A DNA stretch of 64,000 bases from Chloropicon primus. Its lineage: Eukaryota. The DNA lies in the NCBI GenBank assembly GCA_023205875.1, contig CP060755.1, positions 1,488,001 through 1,552,000 of the forward strand, given 5' to 3'. A program made the position numbers and the translations under genes. The notes beneath the pieces were generated by a model. The model was not told the DNA's origin, searched no databases, and worked only from the letters and a program-made list of their open reading frames with translations. Below, piece after piece: positions 58,578 to 64,000 of this stretch. The first letter of the stretch is position 1; each line of letters starts with the position of its first letter.

Positions 58578-60087
58578 TTAGACTCTTGGGGGTTTGCCTT
58601 GTTCAGAAGAAGGAGAGGAGGGTCTCCCCGCAGTCCTCCGAGAGGTTGATGCCGCCAAAGCTCAGGATCGCCTCCGTGCACCCGGTGGCCTCGTTCGCGA
58701 CGGGGACCGACGCGTGGGCAAAGCTTGCGGCGGGGGGTGCCCCGGAGACCTGGTCCGTGACGTCCAGCACGCTCGAAAGGTCTTTTTTTGTTTGTTTCGA
58801 AGGCGACGAGAGGAGGGGTCAGGACTTATTTCGTGTCGAGAAGAAAGGAAGCTCACGGACGTGGGCGACTCACCTTGCGTGATGAACAAGACAGAGTTCT
58901 CGACCTGTGCGCCAGAGAATCCACCCAGGATGACCAAGCCGCGCTGCCCCTCCTCGCCCCCCTGCTCCACCGTTCCGGCGACGAGACTCTCCGCAAGCTT
59001 GACGGGAACGCAGGTGTGCGCGCACCTCGGGTGGCCCGTGTTCCTCGGCTTCTCCCACTCGAGCTTCTCAATGTCCAAGACGTTCATTTCCTGAAGGACC
59101 CTTTGGGGGCAGCCAACGACGGAGAGTGCACGTCAGCCACAAAGCCGGATGATTGGGTCCGAGGCAATCCCATTCGACTCCAGACTTTGACGAAAAATCC
59201 AGTTCTCCTTACCTCCCCCCCGCGTCCCTCCCTCCCAGCACCACAACCTTTCCCCCGACTTTGGCGGCGGTGTGCATCTCCCTCGCCCGCGGGATCGCTC
59301 CCGTGACCGCGGGGTACGTCCAGCAACACGTCTCCGAGTCGAAAATCCACGAATCGTTCAGCGGGGCGTCCCTCCCAGCTCCCCCGAACACGAACTTGAT
59401 TGGGGAAGTCAACAACAACAACAACAACAACAACAACAAGAAAAGGAACGTCGTCAGTCAGTGGGGGCAAGGAGGTCCATCTCCGTCCCGCGGTCTTTCC
59501 GGCTTTCGCTTACCATGCACTTGTCATTGAGCAGAACGCACCCGTGGGAGTGCCTCGGCGGCGGGCTCCCTCCATTGACGCTCACCCGCTTCAAGGTCTT
59601 CGTCTCCAGGTCCACCTTGAAGATGTCGTTGAAGAGCGTTCCGGAGCTCGGCTCCTGGCCCGCGAAGATGTACATCTCCTTCCCTATCAGCGTGCACGAG
59701 CACCCCGTCCGGGACAAGCACCCCTCGCCGCTCTCCATGGACAGGGTCACCTTCTCCCAAGTTGTGGTCCCCGAGGATACCGTGCACTTGACGACCTCGT
59801 CGTACACCTTGGCGGTCCTGTCCATCGTCGTTCGTTCGTCGTCGTCGTCGTGAAGGAGCGAGCGAAGAGACAGAGATAGAGAGGGAGACAGAGAGAGTTG
59901 GGGCGTCAATAATCATGGCGAGGTTTCCCAGCCGAGGAGCTCGTCGGCTCCCAGCGCGTGTGTTGCCCCACCTGTCCGCTCCTCCGAAGAAGTAGCACGT
60001 TCCTCCCACGCGTGCCACCCCGTCGTGGCCTCCCCTCCCCGAGGGCGCGCCTCCTCCCCCCTTGACCGACAAGTCCTTCCACTTCAT
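58578..60087 (-). CDS. Kelch-repeat beta-propeller protein (Rab9 effector p40-like), multi-exon
   Basis: Kelch blades 'PSGRGGH..YFFGGA', 'RTGCSCTL..YIFAG', 'PPPRHSHG', 'FVFGG..LNDSW', 'PRAREMHTA..VVLGG', 'PRCAHT..VILGG'; at least 4 GT-AG introns. Confidence 0.83.
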
Positions 60088-60734
60088 GGTCGCGTGCGGA
60101 CTACGCAAAGAGAAGATCGGCGGCGTCAAAGCAAAGCAAGCAAAGAAGCTCTTGTCAGAGGCTCAGGTTGCGATCCGAGGAGGTCCCTCCCCGTCTGTCT
60201 GTCGATGGTTTCTTTCCTCACTTTTGAATCGTGCGATCGTATCTCCAAAAGCTAGAATGGATCAAGGACGAGGAGAGAAAAGGAAAGAAAAGGAAAAGGA
60301 AAAGAAAAGAAAAGTTTGCACACTTCACCTCCATTGATCTTGTTTTGGGAATTGCCCGTGCCATCCCATCTCTCATCTCCTATTTCCTTTCTTTCAAAGA
60401 TGAGATGAAGGGATGGAAGAAGAGACGAATTGTCAAGGGGCAAAAACAAAACAAAACAAAAGGTGTGGAACCCCTTTTCCCTTCTCCCCTCCCACACGTG
60501 CTTCGCTGACTAGACCGTTTTTCGAGGGCACTTTACGATTGCCCTTCTTCTTGTCCTCTTGTTGGTGGCCTCGTCCTTCGCCGTGAGAAGTTCATGCTGA
60601 GAAGATATTTTCGCCCCTTATCCCCGATTCAGTTCAGGAGGAAGGCTAACTCTTGACGACGACTTGACGACGACTTTGACGACTTGCAGACGGACAGACG
60701 GACAAGGAACGCAACAAGTGGTGCAACGAAGACG

Positions 60735-61599
60735 ATGAACGCGAGAATCGTGACAAGGAGCAACGTCGCCGCGGCTTTCGGCGGGAAGATCGCGGGACGC
60801 TCGCAGGCGAGGAGGACTTCCCTCCACAGGGCCAGGTTCCAGGGTATTCGCGCCTACGGGCAGCCTGACATCTCCGACTCGGTGAGTGCGAAGGAGGTCT
60901 TGGGGGGTGGGATTGAGCCCCTCGCCCGCGATCTCATTGGTTTCTGCCTCGCGGCGTCCCGGCTTTGCCAGTTTCTGACAAGCGCTTTTGCTTATTTGTC
61001 TGTCTCGAAAACAAACCCCACTCATCCACACACCGTCAGATTGACGAGGACGTCATTCCTTCCGGAGAGTGGCCAGCCAACTGGAGTCTCGCGAGTTACG
61101 AGGACGTTGGCGAGTACTACGCCGGCCAGGTTCTCAAGGAGCAGGAGCAGAACAACGTCTCGGGCGTCATGACCACGAACATCTTGACTGCCGAGCCCAC
61201 CAGCTCCGTCGAGGTGAGTTGATCACTCCCTTTTTTTCTTCCCTTTCGTGTTGCCCCACGCCGCTCAGCCTCTGACCGATCTTCCCATTCTTCGTGGCGA
61301 AACACCAGTCCGTGAGGAAGCTCTTCGACCACGTCTCCGGAGTGCCGGTCGTGGACAGCGAGGGGACCTGCGTCGGGATCATCTCCAAGAAGGACCTCGA
61401 CAAGAAGGGAAGCACGGTGTCTCAGATCATGTCCGCCCCAGCCAGGACCATCAAGAAGAACAACTCCGTCGGAGAGGCCGCCGCCATTATGCTCAAGTAC
61501 AAGGTCAACAGGCTCCCAGTCGTCAACAAGGGCGGTGAGGTCATCGGAATCGTGTCCAGGACCGACATCTTCACGGCCCTTGAGTCCATGGAGGAGTAA
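60735..61599 (+). CDS. Chloroplast CBS-domain protein (CBSX-like), 3 exons
   Basis: Transit peptide; 'GEWPANWSLASYED', CBS pair 'VSGVPVVDSEGTCVGIIS', 'KVNRLPVVNKGGEVIGIVSRTDI'. Introns ~60882-61038 and ~61214-61308. Confidence 0.87.
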
Positions 61600-61768
61600 G
61601 CCTTAAAGACAAAACCAAAAAAAAATTCAAAACAAGAGTAACGAAACTGTGGTTCCCTTTTTTGCTTTCTCGCGATTCACGGTTCCTGTAATCCAAGACA
61701 AGAGAGCTCGAGCTCCAGCGATAAAAAGCAGACGACATCGTGAACAGATAAATAGTTTTACACTTTTC

Positions 61769-62587
61769 TTACTTGACCATACTGTAGATGTAGGCGCCGA
61801 CGCCAAGGAGTATGGAGACGAGCACGAGGTCCATGCAAAAGTTTCTGCTGGACCGAATCTTCACCAGGACCTCCTTCATCCTGACGTTCTGGGAGCTCAC
61901 GGTCTGCCTGGTGTTGTCCACCTTGCTCTCCATCTCGTGGATCAGAGGCTGCTGCCTGTCGAGCTCGTTGGAGATGTCGTTCCCGATGCTTTGGAGCTCA
62001 GACAATCCCTTCTCGATGACGTCGAGCTGCTTGTCTTGCTTGACCTTCCTCACCTCGTACTCCTCCCTGAAGGCGCGGGACTGGTCCGTCTGCTCGTAAG
62101 ACCGACCCTCGTACTTGCCGTCCGTAAAGTCGTCCAGGCTGATGTGAGTCAGCTCCAGGGAGCTGAGGGCGGCCTGGCTCTGCTGCATGCTAAACTTTTT
62201 CATGTTCGTCCCGATTCCGTCTGGGATCGACTTTATGTCCTCGATCAGCTCTTTGATCTGAGTCTGCCGCGACAGCAGGGCCTCCCTCGTCATCCCTTTG
62301 ATCCTCTTGGCCCCGAGCTTGTCTAGCCGCGGGATCTCTATCGTGAGGAGACTGTTCTTCCCGCGCCTCAGCTCGGCATGAAGAGCAGCGCATGCCGCCT
62401 TGTTGGACGACATGTCCTCAATGTCGTCGGCCTTCTGCTTCAGGGCTTCAATGTCGCTCTTTATTTGGCCGCAAAGGACGCCAAAGGGGTCCTGGGAGGA
62501 CTCCGCCTTTTCCCTCTTCACCTCGTCGTACTTGCCATACGTTTCCAGAATGACCTCGCACCTGCTCAAAACATCTGGGAGACTCAT
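61769..62587 (-). CDS. SYP7: SYP7-family syntaxin (Qc-SNARE)
   Basis: 'KYDE', 'AELRRGK', SNARE 'KQDKQLDVIEKGL..ELDRQ', 'RSSRNFCMD' followed by a C-terminal TM. Confidence 0.9.
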   Translation of the reverse strand: MSLPDVLSRCEVILETYGKYDEVKREKAESSQDPFGVLCGQIKSDIEALKQKADDIEDMSSNKAACAALHAELRRGKNSLLTIEIPRLDKLGAKRIKGMTREALLSRQTQIKELIEDIKSIPDGIGTNMKKFSMQQSQAALSSLELTHISLDDFTDGKYEGRSYEQTDQSRAFREEYEVRKVKQDKQLDVIEKGLSELQSIGNDISNELDRQQPLIHEMESKVDNTRQTVSSQNVRMKEVLVKIRSSRNFCMDLVLVSILLGVGAYIYSMVK

Positions 62588-63119
62588 CTTGCCCCCACCC
62601 CTCTCTCTCGCTCAACCAGACGCGAGGAAACCGCTCCTTCCCTCCTTACTCGAGTGGCGTGGTGTTTCAGGGACGAGTTCTCCCTTTCGGCCACCACCGC
62701 GTTTGCTTCCCAAGGCTTCGCTCCCCTCGGTCTCCCCGGACTCTCCTGACGCTCCTCAGAGCACTATGCAGAGTCCCAGACCCGACCGTCCCCCACCTCC
62801 TTCCTCCAACCGCACGCCTTTGCGCTCGTCCGTCCAGTCGTCCCTCTCGTCCCCCACCGAGCGAGTTGTTCCTCGTCGCACCGAAACGGGAGAGGAGCCT
62901 CAGCGAAACCTCGGTTGGCCTGCGGAGGTGTTCTCAGCGCACGAGGACCCTCCACTTTCCCTTCCCGTGCCGTCTGGTGCTTCCTCTTCCTTCGTCTCCG
63001 CCTCGCCTTGGGTCCGCCTTGGCGTTGTTGGTCGTCGTACACAACCTGCGGAGGAGGAGAGCAGCGCAGCGCTGCAGGTCGAGAAGGGAGAGGTTTGGCG
63101 ATCGGAGGAGGGGGGGGGG

Positions 63120-63719
63120 ATGGTGGTGAAGCACGAGGCTCTGGACGAGCTAGAGATCGTGGATGTCTTCCAGAACTATTGTATAGGTAAGCGGAGGACT
63201 TGGGGATGCTTGTAGATGATCATGATGATGATCATGATGAGGCTAGAGAGAGACAGACGGACGGGTTGTGTACGAAAGAGGAGAGGTACCCTTCCCGTCT
63301 AGTTGCGGTTCGTGTGTTTCCTGAAACGTGAGTGACTCTCTCTCTCTCTCTCTGTCTGTCTAAAACCAAACCCCTGAAACAACCTACCAGATTTTGTTCG
63401 AGCTAGGCGAGAGTGCTGGAGGAACGCCAAGGAAGGGAAAGGGACGGGGGAGTGCATCAAAGAGGAGCTGGCAGAGAAGCGGTGCCTCGCGACCCACTTC
63501 TGCCCTTCTCAAGCGAGGCGCTTCTACGAGCTCCGCGAGGGGGAATGCGCAAAATGGGCGCAGCGGTTCGCTTTCGGCCCTTCACAGGAGAGCGACTCCG
63601 TCTGTAGCAATCGGGCCAAGCAAAAGGTGTGCCGAGCTGTTGTCATGGAGCTCTCCAAGTGCCTATCGAAGTATAGGAAATACAATCCTGAGTACATAAA
63701 ACACAAGGACGACTTCTAA
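63120..63719 (+). CDS. Small cysteine-rich twin-CX9C-like protein (exons 63120-63186, 63391-63719)
   Basis: Spliced ..YCI|DFVRARRECW (CX9C), CIKEELAEKRC (CX9C), CRAVVMELSKC (CX9C); phase-1 GTAAGC..CAG intron. Confidence 0.6.
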
Positions 63720-63856
63720 CCGCAGTTCGGAATGGCATTGGGGAGGGGAGAGAGGAGCTTCAGAAGCGGTCTCTTTGTTACAGGGGAGCGGACACGATGT
63801 GAAGTCCCTCTCTCGATATAATAGTTATATGATGTATACTTTTCATTCTTCCTTGA

Positions 63857-64000
63857 TCAGTCGAGTTCCACAAGAGCCTGAAGGGTAGCGCTCACGACAG
63901 GTACCAGCCTAATGGAATAAATCGCCACCGTCGGAACCTTCGAGTCAGACACCGTCATGGTCGCCGCCAGCTTTGATTCCTTTGCGTTCCAAGACAGAAG
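63857..64000 (-). CDS. 3' end of a gene running off the window, possibly WD40/aladin-like
   Basis: Open frame LLSWNAKESKLAATMTVSDSKVPTVAIYSIRLVPVVSATLQALVELD*; WD40-blade-like pattern. Confidence 0.4.
   Translation of the reverse strand, partial: LLSWNAKESKLAATMTVSDSKVPTVAIYSIRLVPVVSATLQALVELD

Noticed and set aside
1..64000. tRNA, rRNA, telomeric arrays, LTR/LINE retroelements
   Set aside because: No cloverleaf, rRNA, TTTAGGG array or RT/integrase motifs recognised by eye; tRNAscan-SE and Infernal would be needed to exclude them.

Overview
Eukaryotic, GC-rich and very gene-dense nuclear DNA. Short GT-AG introns with CTGAC/CTAAC branch points, plastid-targeted and plant-type genes, and tiny intergenic spacers point to a compact green-algal (picophytoplankton, possibly Chloropicon-like) genome; the taxon is inference. 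About 43 protein genes can be modelled, mostly housekeeping. Several are split by introns and are not visible as single ORFs (PEX4, PIG-Y, fibrillin, bL20, Gemin7-like, COX6A, PHAX, CBS, CX9C). Two features are missed by the ORF track. (1) A complete U1 snRNA gene lies at ~1975-2139 (-). (2) The highlight is a ~260-bp intergenic remnant at ~12601-12863 (+). It encodes the C-terminus of a Fanzor2/IS607-TnpB-type RNA-guided nuclease (TEEYTS...CxxC...CxxC...RDDNGARNI), followed directly by a structured omegaRNA-like segment (UUCG hairpin, stem, 3'-end pseudoknot) and a candidate guide. Other points of interest: a SWC6/Ies6 chimeric-looking chromatin-remodeller subunit, a candidate bicistronic PIG-Y/mitochondrial-carrier locus, a bacterial-type TrmA, a DUF3537 chemoreceptor-like protein, and centriole/flagellar genes (RSPH14-, CEP83-, TEDC1-like). 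All family assignments come from recalled motifs, not database searches.
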